DNA from: Vermamoeba vermiformis
Taxonomy: Eukaryota
Length of the DNA: 20,000 nt
Assembly: GCA_045837725.1 (NCBI GenBank)
Contig: JBEWZL010000069.1
Span: forward strand, 106,074-126,073
Direction of reading: 5' to 3'
Part shown: in pieces, positions 1-15,300 of the stretch
Position numbering within the stretch: position 1 is the stretch's first letter
Layout of the letters: each line of letters opens with the position of its first letter
Notes under the pieces: model-generated
Seen by the model: only the letters and a program-made list of their open reading frames with translations
Databases searched by the model: none
What the model was told of the DNA's origin: nothing
Translations under genes and position numbers: made by a program

Positions 1-383
1 TCTGAAATCACGTCTGTCTCGAGATCTGGAACGAGAGCGATCACGTGGTGGCGGTGATCTCTCTCTCGAACGAGAGCGCGAGCGAGAACGTGAAGGCTCT
101 CTTCTATCGGCCTCTGGCGGTGCATTAAGATCGGTAATTTGATCAACGTCAGCCTGCATAGTAGGTATTAATATTGTCCTCGGAATAAAGAAGTAAGAAA
201 TCGCACGATGATCGTCCTCGTCTACATCCATCATTGATAAAATTTGCATATTTAATTACTAAATTTGCTGATTTTTATTGCCCTTAAGGCGAGTTTGAAT
301 GGTAATTAAATCTGCTCATCTTCGCAAGATTCGACGTTGAAAATAGCTTCACAAAATTCCATAAAAGATCATGATCGTACCAT
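1..383 (-). CDS. 5' portion of an RS-rich (SR-related, Tra2/U2AF-like) protein, truncated by window start
   Basis: Minus strand: ATG at 383-381 followed directly by donor GTACGA; intron 380-154 ends TGCAG; exon 153-1 reads ADVDQITDLNAPPEADRREPSRSRSRSRSRERSPPPRDRSRSRSRDRRDFR. No RRM is visible in the window, so family assignment is tentative. Confidence 0.7.
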
Positions 384-582
384 TATGTGTGGGTTACGTG
401 TGCAATGAAAGTTCAATAAAGACCAGCCCAAACGACCAGCAACAATTTTTTTATTTTGGGAAGGAATTTGTCGGAGGATCTGCGGGTTGGCAAGAAAATG
501 GCTCGCTGAATGAAATTAAAAACCATACTAGCTCTACATAAATAGCAACAAGCATTATAATATAATTCTCGCATCGTCAAAG
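384..582. promoter_or_regulatory. Putative bidirectional promoter between the RS-protein gene and the kinase gene
   Basis: 199 nt between divergent predicted start codons (383 on -, 583 on +). Confidence 0.45.
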
Positions 583-2647
<2,065 letters not shown>

Positions 2648-3523
2648 AACCATTTTAAATTTATGTATACGATACGAATTATGCCAATGTATTTATTTCC
2701 TCACCTTGTATAATGCAATTAATAATTAATAAATTGTAAGTACTCTTCACAACTTGCTTGCGGTCCGCAGTGGGCTCGTAAATCATCCCACGGTGAAGTA
2801 CTCCTCGATAATATTTATAGTACGTAAAATCCCGTTTATAGGGTCGCAAAGTTGTCATACAAAGCTCACACACTCGAGAAAGTTCGTGTAGTATCACGAA
2901 AAATTGAATTAGCTTCAAATTGATTTTAGCAATATAAATCAGCATCTCCTTCATTGAAAATATATTTGCATAATTCTCTATGGACCGTAAAATGCAAAGT
3001 GGTGCGAATTGAATTTTGAATCGAAGATCGAAAAACGCGCGTGCCCAAAAATTCGCCTCTATTTTTAAGTAAAGAAAGAAATATAGATGTACCGATGTAT
3101 GAAGGTCTCGGGCAAGGAAAAGGATTGGTCAGTTTTACGGAAGATAAAAGAAAATTTACGTTTTCTGATCAAAGAAAAAAGCGGAGAATAATGGAAGAAT
3201 TAATGCTAAACAAGCTAGTTCGTGAACTTACGTTATCGATGCAAATGAAAGTTCATTAGAGAGGTTCGAACATCAATTACTGGCCCGAAAGTGCTGTTCA
3301 AAGGCAGAGTTCGGCCGATTCGTGGTCGAAGCATCCAGAAGAGGCAAAGGCCTGGCACGCAAGGCCACGCGAGGAAAGGTCCATCAATAATTCCCTGAAT
3401 CTCTAAAAATAGAGAACAGCAGAATTTACATCAGTTTCCTAAGATTACAATGCGGTTGACCAAAGTTTGACGATCTGGCCATAAAAAGAAAATTTTTCGC
3501 GTTTTTCAATTTCATAACAATAA

Positions 3524-4474
<951 letters not shown>

Positions 4475-4639
4475 ATCTGTTCCAACGGATTTACTTGTAC
4501 ATTTAGCGCTTCATGAAGCGCGAATAAATGTCTGATTACTCATAATAATGTTTGTACGTTTTTGTCGTTAAATTAGAACTTACCCAACGGGTCAATTTCG
4601 TTTACTGATCCTTCGCATCTCTTTCGTGCAACTGTCGCC

Positions 4640-6596
4640 ATGTTAACAACCACAAAAGTCGTAAAAGCAGTTTCGACTGTGACTTCCAGGTCCCTAAGGA
4701 GCGTTCAAGCCTCTACTGGCGCTGCTTCTTTGTTCCACACACAGGCTGTCAGACGTGGATTGTCTCCTCAATCCCCTGAAGAATGTAATTACAACCGAGC
4801 AGAAAACGTCAAATAATTTTAATAATATTATTTTGCTTCGTGGTAACACGCGCTAAACATTTTTCAGCAATTACTATCGCTTCCTTGATTATTTAAAATT
4901 AGATCGAGGATAATTATTATTTGTGTGCGTCCAGAGAACTAATTTATTGCAGATATCAATACACATAGGACACCACTTCGTGTTAGAAAAGCACAATTCG
5001 CCTCGTTGATTAATGAATGGAATAACAAAAATAATACCGCAAAACAGAGTGGATTTGCAAGAGATTGGGTCATTAAAGGTAAGAAATAATACTACAAATC
5101 GCCACATATTTTTATGATTTATTTTGGCCGTTATACAATCGTTTTGCATAATTATTAATTAATTTATGTCGATCAGCCGCTGCTATTATTGAAAGACCAG
5201 AAATTATTGCTCCTGAAGACCCTGAGTGGTTGGTTAAATACAGACAATGGCGAGAAAAGTAAGTTATGCACATTATTGATAATACAGCATATTTAGCAGC
5301 GTGTCAACAACGAGTCAAATCAATCGAATGATCGTTATGGCGACAAGTTACAGTTGATAATTATTATACAAACCATGTACCACTCTAAAATATTAAGCGC
5401 CTGCTATAATTTTACCGCAACGGTTACAATTAGCTCGATATTAATAGACAGTTTCGAAAGCTGTAACACGATGACTGACACGTATAATTATTGACGCATA
5501 ATTGCTTTGTAGGTGGGAAGCGCCAATTAAACAACAAATGCCTGATATTAAGACACTCTTAGAAGACGAAGATAAAAAGGCTTCTGGTGTTTCCACTGCC
5601 ACTGGTGATAAAAAAGTAAGTGAACTTATTCGCGGAGGCTTCTTCGAGCACCGTGCATAGAGATCTTAATTCAGCCATTTAATACGGTATATTGAAATCG
5701 AGCAGCATTTGATTATTTGATTTCTTAATACGCGTGTGGTATTAACGTGGTACTTCAGGAAAAGAAAAAGAAGAAGGAAAAGAAGGGAGCCACTGAGACT
5801 GAAGATGAGGAAGCTAAGGCTAAGCGAGAAAGAGAGAGCAGAGCTGAGGAGTTGAGAAAGGCTAACGAGACTCAATCTGCTGAATTATTCGGTCCCAGAA
5901 TCACTGAAGCTGATAAAGCAAATGATCGCAAGTCGTTGTACCGCAAATTGGACAAGAAGTTGTTCTTGATCGTCAAGCGAAAGCGAGACCAACACACTTG
6001 GCAATTCCCTCAAGGCGATTGGGTCAAGGGTGAAATGATTCGTGAGGTATGTACACGCGACACGTCGGTGAAACAAACAAATTTTCTTTCTTGATCTTCT
6101 CTCAATATCTCCGACCATTGCTGGTGTGCAATGAGCATTATTAACCGTTGTTATGATAGTCTGGTCAACGCCAGTTCATCGAAAAGTTCTCCTCTGATTT
6201 GGACGTCTATTTCTCTGGAAACTGCCCTCAAGGCGTCTACGGCTACGAGTTCCCTCGTGATGTTCAAAAGAAAATGAATGCTTATGGAGCTAAGGTAGGC
6301 ACCTACTAGATGATGCACTGGTTGTTACTTGTTATATTGAATGGCAATCTATAATACGATCGATTATTTCCGTGGTTGGTACGCGGATCTGATATTTTTT
6401 TTAGGTCTTCTTTATGTATGGATATTATATCAAGGGCTCTCTTAAGATTATGGACGACAGCATCGTTGACTATTTGTGGGTTACTAAGGAAGAATTGGCT
6501 GAGTACTTGGATCCCGAGACCTACAAGTTCGTCTCTCAAATGTTGCCGGACACTTTCGTTGATCACACCGTACAAAAGGTCCATTACATTATTTAA
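4640..6596 (+). CDS. MRPL46: Mitochondrial ribosomal protein mL46 (Nudix-like fold), ~356 aa
   Basis: Exons 4640-4784, 4953-5078, 5177-5258, 5513-5615, 5759-6046, 6160-6294, 6405-6596. The N-terminus is S/T/R/K-rich and acid-free, like a mitochondrial presequence. Family motifs WVIKAAAIIERPEII, PRITEADKANDRKSLYRKLDKKLFLIVK, WQFPQG, GNCPQGVY, GAKVFFM, DYLWVTKEEL. Confidence 0.88.
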
Positions 6597-6771
6597 AATC
6601 AGTGCGAAAAACTTGAATATAAATGAAATAATAATCGAAAATAAAACGTGAATATTCAAAATGCTTGATCTCTGCGCGATCGCGTGACTTCACGCTTGGA
6701 TTGAACGTAATAACGTTATGTATAACTATACCATTTATAACACTATTTACATTAATTACAGGTGGTCAGAT

Positions 6772-7185
6772 CTATTGCTTCTGATCCTTTTGTTGTTGTT
6801 GTTGTTTGGCTCGTTCTTTAAGCTGATTCTCGTGTTTGACGCGCAATTGCTCCATAAAATTTTCCCATTTTTGTTTCATTTCATCATCTTGCGGTGCTGA
6901 GGCTGTAGCTTTAACGGCGTGTTCATCTGCGACAGATCTTGTTATTATTTTCAATTATTTTTAAAATTTGAAATCACCCCAAAAGACTCAGTAATTTAAT
7001 GCAAGTTGTCAGACATAGCTATTTTTGTCTTTGGAAAAATTATTGTCCACTAATTTTGCTTTCACGGATGTCAAGATCGCTCGTTAGTACTTACAGAAGC
7101 CAGACTTGATCATTACAAACTCCATTAATCCACCAAAAACGAACGATACAGCACATAGCTTTCCGATATACCTTGACATTGACAT
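6772..7185 (-). CDS. Small single-pass membrane protein, SMIM4/UQCC5 (UPF0640)-like, ~81 aa
   Basis: Exon 7185-7095 (MSMSRYIGKLCAVSFVFGGLMEFVMIKSGF; alternative ATG at 7179), GTAAGT intron ending GCAG, exon 6926-6772 (YEHAVKATASAPQDDEMKQKWENFMEQLRVKHENQLKERAKQQQQKDQKQ). FVFGGLMEFVMIK..FY resembles the SMIM4 FFVLGGTMEWIMIK...FY motif as recalled from memory. Confidence 0.7.
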
Positions 7186-7308
7186 CGTGCGTGGTGTTCT
7201 GATCAAAATTGTTTGTGAGATCCGAATTTACTACCTAACTTTCTTACAACCCGGAGCAAATTAAAACAATAATTTATTTATATAAGTTCAACAGCGTATT
7301 TATAATTA

Positions 7309-9327
7309 TTAAACATCTTTCTTGTCGTCCATGGGGATCTCGCGGCTCAACTTTAAGCTACCAGCACAACGCTACAAAGCAACATTAGTAATTGATCTAC
7401 ACGGATCATATCTTGCATTGAGTTTACCTTGCTCAAGCCGTGCGCGAAGGCGTGTTGCTTATTCTTGGTGAATCGAATGTTAGGGCGCAAGTACTTCAAG
7501 TAACCGTCCCATGGCACGTTAGCCAAACCAGCTTTGCGTGCAATCATAGACTAAGAACGTCAAACCAAGTTAATAAATGCTTATTAGGCGGCAGCGAAGT
7601 AGTGCTGATATGCATGTGATGAATTACAGAACATTTTGGATAAATAAAAGTTTGTCAAAAAAGTGGATGTGGCACGTACCTTAACACGCTCAGAAAATTG
7701 TTCAGGAGTCTCATTAGGTTGTTTCGTTTGAGGCTCCAAGAACCAGACGTCGCATACAACAGCCCAGCTCGTCATCAATTTAAACAAGTGTTGCCAAATA
7801 GTTTGAATACGACTGTTCCAGAACGCATCCACGAACAACTTACTAAACAGAAAAAACCATTAGAGGAGTGCTTGGCGTGCTTAATCGAATGGGCACTTAC
7901 TTGTACTTGATGGCAACGGGGTAGACTGTAGCACCCAACTCGAAAGCACCCTTCTTGAACATAATTACATATTCGTTATTTACACAGACTCCTTCAGGGA
8001 AGATCAACAAAGGGTTGTTGTTCGGGTTGTTAATATGTTCCTTAATACTAAATAAAGACACTTAATTAGCACGAGAGTTTCAATTGCAACTAGCGATATT
8101 TTCACTTACGTTCTAGCGACCTTTTCACGGTCCTTAGCTTCGTTACGTTGGAACCAAATGCCTCCCAAGCAGCCCAACACGCGGTCTTGAATCAAGCCTA
8201 TAAAGTTCGTTAGTAAAAGTGAGTTCGTTAGTGCGATCTGAGACGGTTGGATCGTACCCATCATGCCGGGGTGTTTTTGACCGACCACTGCAAAGCTCAT
8301 GTACTGCGACAAGACAACGACGTCAATGACTGAGCTGTGATTGGCCACAAAGACTTGATTGGCGTGGCGGTGCGGACGAGTGCCGTGAATTTTGATGACA
8401 CCGCTCCATGACAGAACGAATACTGAGGCCAAGAATCGAATCAACATACGCTGCAAATATTGCCATATTAGGAAAAATGTTGGTAGTATATATTTTTTGT
8501 GATGGTGGCTTACTTGATAGTGCTCACGTGCTTTCTTGTTGGCGCCAAAGATAAAAGAGACGAGCACGAAGCCAAGCAAAAATGCAATCCAACCAGTGAT
8601 CAAGGCAAATAGTCTAATATAAATGTTAATACGAGGTCATTGAGTGCGTAACTTTTTGTGGGAAGTAAGGCAGATTTGAGTTTGAAAAGTTGTACGAACC
8701 TTAAGGGGAACAAAACACCGTATCTGAACACTACACCCAATAAATATGCTGGCAATAAATACGCATTCCAATTCCATTTTTCTACGTCGTGGCTGGCAAA
8801 GCATTTTGTAAATTGATCCTATTTATGGAAAATTAGTCAGAAATTCGTAATCTATCGAGCTAACGAAAGATATTGTACAAAAATATTATTAACGTACCTC
8901 GACCAACGTTTGCATGCCGCCGTTAATGAATTGCATGCCATCTGACAAATTGAAGCTGCACAAAATTAATTGTAAATATTTTTGTAAATTAATTTTGATG
9001 TTTCGCATGCAGCGCTATCAATTAATAATATTATATTAATTCTTACATTGTTCCTTTGCGAGTTTCTTTAGCCAAATACGCGTCGATCACCTTTTGGTCA
9101 TTTTCTTTTTGCAAAGCATCAACCTCCTTTTGCGAGGGCTGATAAATGGATAAAATATCCGCTCTATAATTTAAAAATTATTAATTAATCTTTTCTGCTG
9201 AGCGTATCATAATTAATTTATTCCACTGATCCGAAAGTACTATCAGGCAACGACTAATGAATAAAACGTAATAATCCTGGCATGGATATATTAATTAATA
9301 AACATACTCGTCGTTAGGGCCGCTCAT
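7309..9327 (-). CDS. Glycerol-3-phosphate acyltransferase, ER type (plant GPAT9 / animal GPAT3-4-like), ~396 aa
   Basis: 11 exons: 9327-9308, 9163-9047, 8955-8898, 8818-8700, 8613-8514, 8450-8258, 8197-8110, 8047-7901, 7842-7680, 7550-7428, 7371-7309. Motifs DQFTKCF...WNWNAYL...RYGVLFPLR, VANHSSVID (HxxxxD), GQKHPG, LIFPEGVCVNN, MFKKGAFEL, DAFWNS, VPWDGYLKY; the protein ends in the KKxx ER-retrieval signal KKDV. Confidence 0.93.
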
Positions 9328-9671
9328 GTGTTGATCTTGTGCGGAAAATTTTCAATGTGCAAGAAATGGAGCTGGACCATTTCCCTGCTAAAGCTTTCCA
9401 AGCGTTGCGGGCACTAGTTGATACGCTTACATTATTTGAGCAGTTCTATTGCGTTCAATTTCGTTTAATGCTATTTAAGTTCCGGATCTGCGTCATTCTG
9501 GATGTAGGCCTTTCTGCAGTGCAATATTCCCCAAACGGCATTTTACATGCAGTAAGGAGAATGGTAATATCAGACTGTTGAGTGAGTTCGTTTGTATCTA
9601 TATTTAGAGCGAAATCTTATTGATGGTGATTTAGCGGTTTATTTATTTTATCAAACAGCAGATTGGAGAAG
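9328..9671. promoter_or_regulatory. Putative bidirectional promoter between the two acyltransferase genes
   Basis: Only 344 nt separate the divergent predicted start codons (9327 on -, 9672 on +). No specific site identified. Confidence 0.55.
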
Positions 9672-12329
9672 ATGAACACGCCACAGTCTGCCTTAGAGTT
9701 CAATCCCTTCTTGAACTTGTCGAGGAGGTACCGTAGAGGACGGATTCGCAAAGTCTTTTCAGGCTTAAAGGTATTAATATGATTAACGCTACCTCTTAAT
9801 AGTATTATATAATTATTTCTTATTATCTTCGAAGTTAGAAAATTTAATTGGGCAGGTCTTTGTCAAACTCACTAAAATTCAATTTAAATTAAAATTTGTC
9901 CAGTAATTTTTTTAATTTGCAAATTGAGAGATAATAATCGAGTCCCTCTGAATTTTATCATTGCTCGCAGAAGATATTATTTTTGCAAATTAAATTTCTC
10001 TACCCGCATCCTTTTCAGAGGAGTTAATTTGCTCACAAGGCGAAATGTACACTATTTTATAACTTTCCTTTTATTGCACAATATTTATTTCAGTTGATTC
10101 TAATTTTTATTTGATTTGGATCAGACCGCCATCGCCTCACTTACAATCGTTCCTGTTCGTGGTATCATCACGCTACTGATTGGTGGCTGGATATTTGCGA
10201 CATGCAAGCTGGCTACATTAGGATTACCTCGAAATCACGATCCAAATAAGCAACCTCTGGCTAAGTAAGTGACCTTAAACCAGGATCCAACAATTCATGA
10301 AAATTCAATTTACTTTTTATCCTTTCGGATTTAGTTAATTAAGATATTATGCATAGATGGCGCTTTAGAATCATGAAGATGTCTCGCTTCTTAATGAGGA
10401 CGTTGCTGTTCACCTGGGGATTTTACTGGATCCGATCTAAAGGCAAACCTGTTGGTGGACCACGAGCACCAATTGTTATTGCAAACCATAATAGTATATT
10501 GGATGCTCTATTATTATACTCCACATATGCACCTTGCTTGTAAGTTTCATGCTTAGCTTAACGACTTTTCAGAGATGCACCCCGGATCGAATCTGCACAT
10601 TTTTCTTGTTTGCCTTCGTTATGGCAATACAATACTAATCCTTTTTAGTGTTGCCAAAAAAGAGCTCGAGAAGTTACCGCTCGTCGGAGGAATCTTACGT
10701 GCGACTCAAGCCGTGTTAGTGGACCGACATTCAAAGACGTCACGCGAGGCACGTGCATCACGATCGGAATTCAATTCTTTAATGTGCTAAACAACCTGTC
10801 TATTATAGGAGACTATGGAGGCTATTGCTCGTCGAGGCCACTTTGCAGCCGCGGGAGAAGGTCCTCAAGTGGCCCTCTTTCCTGAAGGCACGACCACGAA
10901 CGGCACGTACTTGCTCAACTTCAAGGTCGGTGCTTTCAAGCCTGGTTTGCCCGTGCAGCCCGTGCACTTGAACTACTATGACCCGTTGTTCAGCTGGACT
11001 GTCGGTAAGTCATCCATTCTCATAGGTACCAATAATACGGTGTCATTAACATGTCACGTAGATAACACGCTGTGGCGCTCGTTGTTCAAGATTTGGGCCA
11101 ACTTTAAGAACTCTGTTGAAGTAGTCTACATGGAGCCTTACGTACGTCGTCTTAAGCTTTTACAAAAATAGAAACGTCTAACTATTATTTACCACCCGAT
11201 AGGTGCCGAATGAGGAAGAGAAAAAAGACGCACAACTGTACGTGAATGATTTATAATTGTCGTCGAAAGTGAATCTAATAGTCCTGTTTGTAGGTACGCA
11301 GACAACGTGCGAAGGAAGATGGCGGATCAGATCGGCTTGCCAATCACGAACCATTCCGTAGAAGACGCCTTCTTGCTCATGGCTGTACGTTAACAATAAT
11401 AACATATTCATCATGTGAACGCGAGTGTGAGCTAACAGAATTGACTTGCAGGCTCAAAGCTTACACGTGCCAAATCAAGCGATCAACGTGCAATACACCG
11501 AGCTCAAAAAACTTTACAATCTCAGCGTTGACGAGATTAAGAACATCCTCAAGTACGTCCTGATAGCTCTAGATAATGTAATCATATCACGCTAATAGTG
11601 TTTTTATAGGGTCTTTGCTACGATGGACAAAGATCACTCGGGCACGCTCGACGCCACGGAGTTCGCTCAAGCACTCAACTTGCCCTTCACTCAAGAGGTC
11701 TACGATCTCTTCCACTTGTTCGATCAAGACGAGTCCGGCACGATAGGTACATATACATATATAATATATTAATATGATGATTTGTCGACTCACGGATCTT
11801 GTTAGATTTCAAGGAGTTCGTGCTTGGCCTGTCAATTTTGAACAGCAAGAAGGAGCTGGAAAGTGACACTGTCAAGTACTGCTTTACAGTCTTCGATGAG
11901 GTAAGAGCGTTAAATAGCACGTGGAGCTATTTCAGTGAAATGTGAGTACTGACAATTACTTAATTTGGAATAGAACAATGACGGCGTAATTTCTCGCGAA
12001 GAATTCAGAAAAATCATGTGCAAATTGTTCTTGAATATTAGACAAGATGATATTAACACTTTATTCTCTAAAATCGATTCCGACAAAGACGGATTCATTC
12101 GTTACGGTAAGTCAAACCACATCCACCAATTTTTTTTATGGTTTACTAATGCTTGGTTTAAGATGATTGGGCTAAGTTCGCTAAAGAAGAGCCTGGCTAT
12201 ATTTTCATCGCCAGCGATATTTTGCAAAAGTTCAAGCCCGAACAAGCTGGTCCTGTGGCTCAAACTATCAGCGGTGCACCTGAAGCTGAAAAAGCAATGT
12301 CGTACACTAAATTGAACAAATCTGTTTAA
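9672..12329 (+). CDS. Lysophospholipid acyltransferase with C-terminal EF-hands (LPCAT1/2 / LPEAT2-like), ~518 aa
   Basis: 13 exons: 9672-9770, 10125-10264, 10357-10539, 10649-10748, 10809-11004, 11062-11141, 11203-11237, 11294-11384, 11452-11552, 11610-11746, 11806-11900, 11974-12106, 12163-12329. Motifs NPFLN, IANHNSILD, VLVDR, LFPEGTTTNG, FKVGAFKPGLPVQPV; EF loops DKDHSGTLDATE, DQDESGTIDFKE, DENNDGVISREE, DSDKDGFIRYDD. Confidence 0.92.
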
Positions 12330-12396
12330 TACAATAATATTAACGTATACTAATATCAATATGTATCATTTGTTTATAAATTAAAACTATCGTTCG

Positions 12397-15300
12397 TTAC
12401 AACTTCATGTTCGGATCCGCTTCTTCGCTTCTCCAAGACAAATAATCTCTGACATAAGTTGTGGTATCGTCACGATCCGATAATACGAGATATCGTGCGT
12501 TTGCCATTTTTGGAATGTGTTCAGTGGGTTGAAGCCACTCGATTTTGCGTGATGGCAAGTGCCACGATGAAACGATTGGTGCATTTTGTGTGTGAATGAA
12601 TAGCCGTTCGTTTGAGCACGGAACATTCTGCAAATCATTCATGAATGAGTTATTCAATAAATATTATAAGTACGAAATGTTATGTTTTACCTCGTAATTT
12701 ATGTAGTTGGGGCGAAGCACATATTTGACAATTTCTGTTTCAGATCCGGTTCGCAAGTCAACAAATCCAACTGCTGTCGTGAGACCACAATATCGACGTC
12801 CTCGCAAGTAATCAGGTGCATACCCCAATATAAGCATTGTATTCTCATCGACTATCTTGGTGTATCTGATAGTCAACGTATCAGAAGAATTGGATGATTT
12901 TTGCGGCACCCAAATATCTTTCATTGTTCGCAAATCTGTGACCGTATAATGATTGCGTGCAGAAGTACTAGAAACAGTGACAATAGTATTGTTGAACGGA
13001 TTAAATGTTGCAATCTCATTTTCTTTGGTATGCAATTCTGCCGTGACTATTTCTTGCTCAATGTTGTAGACGCAGCTCACTAAAAAATAATTAGTATTCT
13101 ATGTGATAGCATTATATTGAAAAAATTGTAAATAATTGTTATGGGAAGTTTTTTTTTTGACACGTGTCAACGGTAATTTTTCACGTGTCATTCGTTGCAA
13201 CAAATATCTAACCACGAAGCTCTCAGAAAACATTTATATTTCTAAGGCAGTTTGACACGTGTCAAAAACTGGTTTGTGAAGTACGTACCGGTCGGGCAAA
13301 AAATCGAGGTAGCGTCTATCGAAGTAATTCCTGCCAAATCTTTTACTCTGCCACGAATGGCAAGATTTTTTAGCACTGGAGATTCAGTTTCGCTCAAAAT
13401 TGTAAATATATGCATCAAGTTCTCGTTCCGTCTTGCGAGCAGCACTTTTGGCACTCGCGCTGCTTCATTATTAGTGTCTTTCAATAATGTGATAAATGAC
13501 CGATGTGTTGTTGTGTTCGAAATGTCTGAAAGTTGTTGACTGTGACAGTTCCAATAAGAGACGTGTGTCGTATTGTAATTGGAGTCAAGGTCTTTCAAAA
13601 TCAACCAATCATCGTTCAGCAAGAATGGCTTGCCTTTCAATTCTGCAACGTTGGAGTACTTGTTTTGTTGCCAGCTCGAGTTCAACCTGTAAAAAAACAA
13701 TGTTAATACTGCTTCAAAAAGTGACACGTGTCGTCGTCGCAAATCTGCGTGCGAAAGAAAATCAAAAGGACTGTCAACTTTCAAAAGAACATCGCATAAC
13801 CCAAACAAGTATTGATTCGCTAAAATTGTCCTGCGATTAGGCCAGGACGCTATTAAGTGTCAAAGTGTCACTTTTTAACGATTTTTTATGACACGTGTCA
13901 TTGTAAAAAAAGTTTGATCTTAAGTGTCAAAATCGGTCGTAAAGATAAGCAATGAAGTTATGACACGTGTCATTATCAAATGATTGATCTTTTTGTCACT
14001 TACTTCAATAGTCGCTGAACTCTCGTTCGATAAGGCAGTGTCACATCTTCAACGTGATTGAAGTACTTGACATGATAATGACGCCAAAGTTGCTCGTCTT
14101 GATTGAACAACGTTGTTTTGAATTCTTCGTCCAATGTCTTCGAGCAGCTGTATAACCTCGTCAAGTCATGTGGAGCAAGATGCATTGCAATTTCTTTGTA
14201 TAGATCTTTCGGTAAATCGAACAGACTGTGACTTCCATTTATGGTAATATTTGCAGATTCCGACAATTCTTCTTGCTTTTTTGGTTTATCGATACAACGA
14301 AACAGCTCCCTAAAATCGTCGCGGTCGATCATTTTCTGCAAATGTTGACGAATGGCTTGTGCGTTGTGAGGCTGACAGTGCTGCAAAAGATAAAAGAATA
14401 GCATTGTATATGTCATATTCTGCACCGAAAAACTCCAATGTTCAATGAATTTTTGCCACGCTGTGTTGGTGGTCTCGTCTTGTTCGACGATCATTTTAAG
14501 AGCGGCAAGAAATTCTACGGGATAAGTGTTCGACGGTCCTAAGTACTTTGAAAGATACGTAATCGCAGGAATTTCTCCCGCCTGGTTCCTAGAAAAAACC
14601 CCGGCATTAAATTTAAAAAAAATCAGAAAAAGTTTAGTACTAATACTGTAAACAAAAGATCGCTTTCCGGGCGATAGTATAAAAATTAACGTGTCTTTTT
14701 AAGCGAAATTTCATCGTTTAAATTTGTACGGGTTGAACTTACGATTGCGAGGCAGCAGCAATGAGTTTTTGAACGTCCGTTGCATGTTTCTTCATCGCTT
14801 TCCAAATACGCTCAAAATCGACCACTCGAACACGTGCATGTCTTGTAGCGTAGTGTAGTATATTATTGCCGCTAGAATCTTGTTCTAAAAAAAAAGTCGT
14901 TAGATCAGATCGGATCCACCAAATTTTTTTTTGTGGTGGTTATTCTTACCTAAGAACCAATCAGGATATCTTTGCAAGTATTCTTCGAATTCCGTAGATT
15001 CCTTTAAATGGTGAAATACTTGCGAGCCCAGAACTATTTGTTTCTTCGTGTAATTGTTGTCTTTGAGCCAGTTCAGCATTCGCATCTTGTCTTTGAATTT
15101 CATATTCGATTGCATAATAGCTAGGCCTAATTCTTTTTCTGGAAAAAAACGAGTTAAACACAATCCATTGTCGTAAGATAGTAGACTAAAAAAAGGTACT
15201 AAGAATTTCAATAATTGCGTTAATAAATAGAAAATGTCAGAGACCTCGGTTATTTGACACGTGTCAAAGATCTTAATTTTTTCACGTCACATAAAAAATA

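Noticed and set aside
3041-3259. 72-aa ORF upstream of polyubiquitin
   Set aside because: GTG start, no recognisable motif, and it lies in the probable promoter region.
12397-12408. C-terminal MKL / LKL as a peroxisomal PTS1
   Set aside because: Position -3 should be a small residue (S/A/C); M and L fit poorly.
12628-12690. Apparent premature stop suggesting copy A is a pseudogene
   Set aside because: The TAA lies within a GT-AG intron (GAG|GTAAAA...TTGCAG|AAT) shared in position with copy B.
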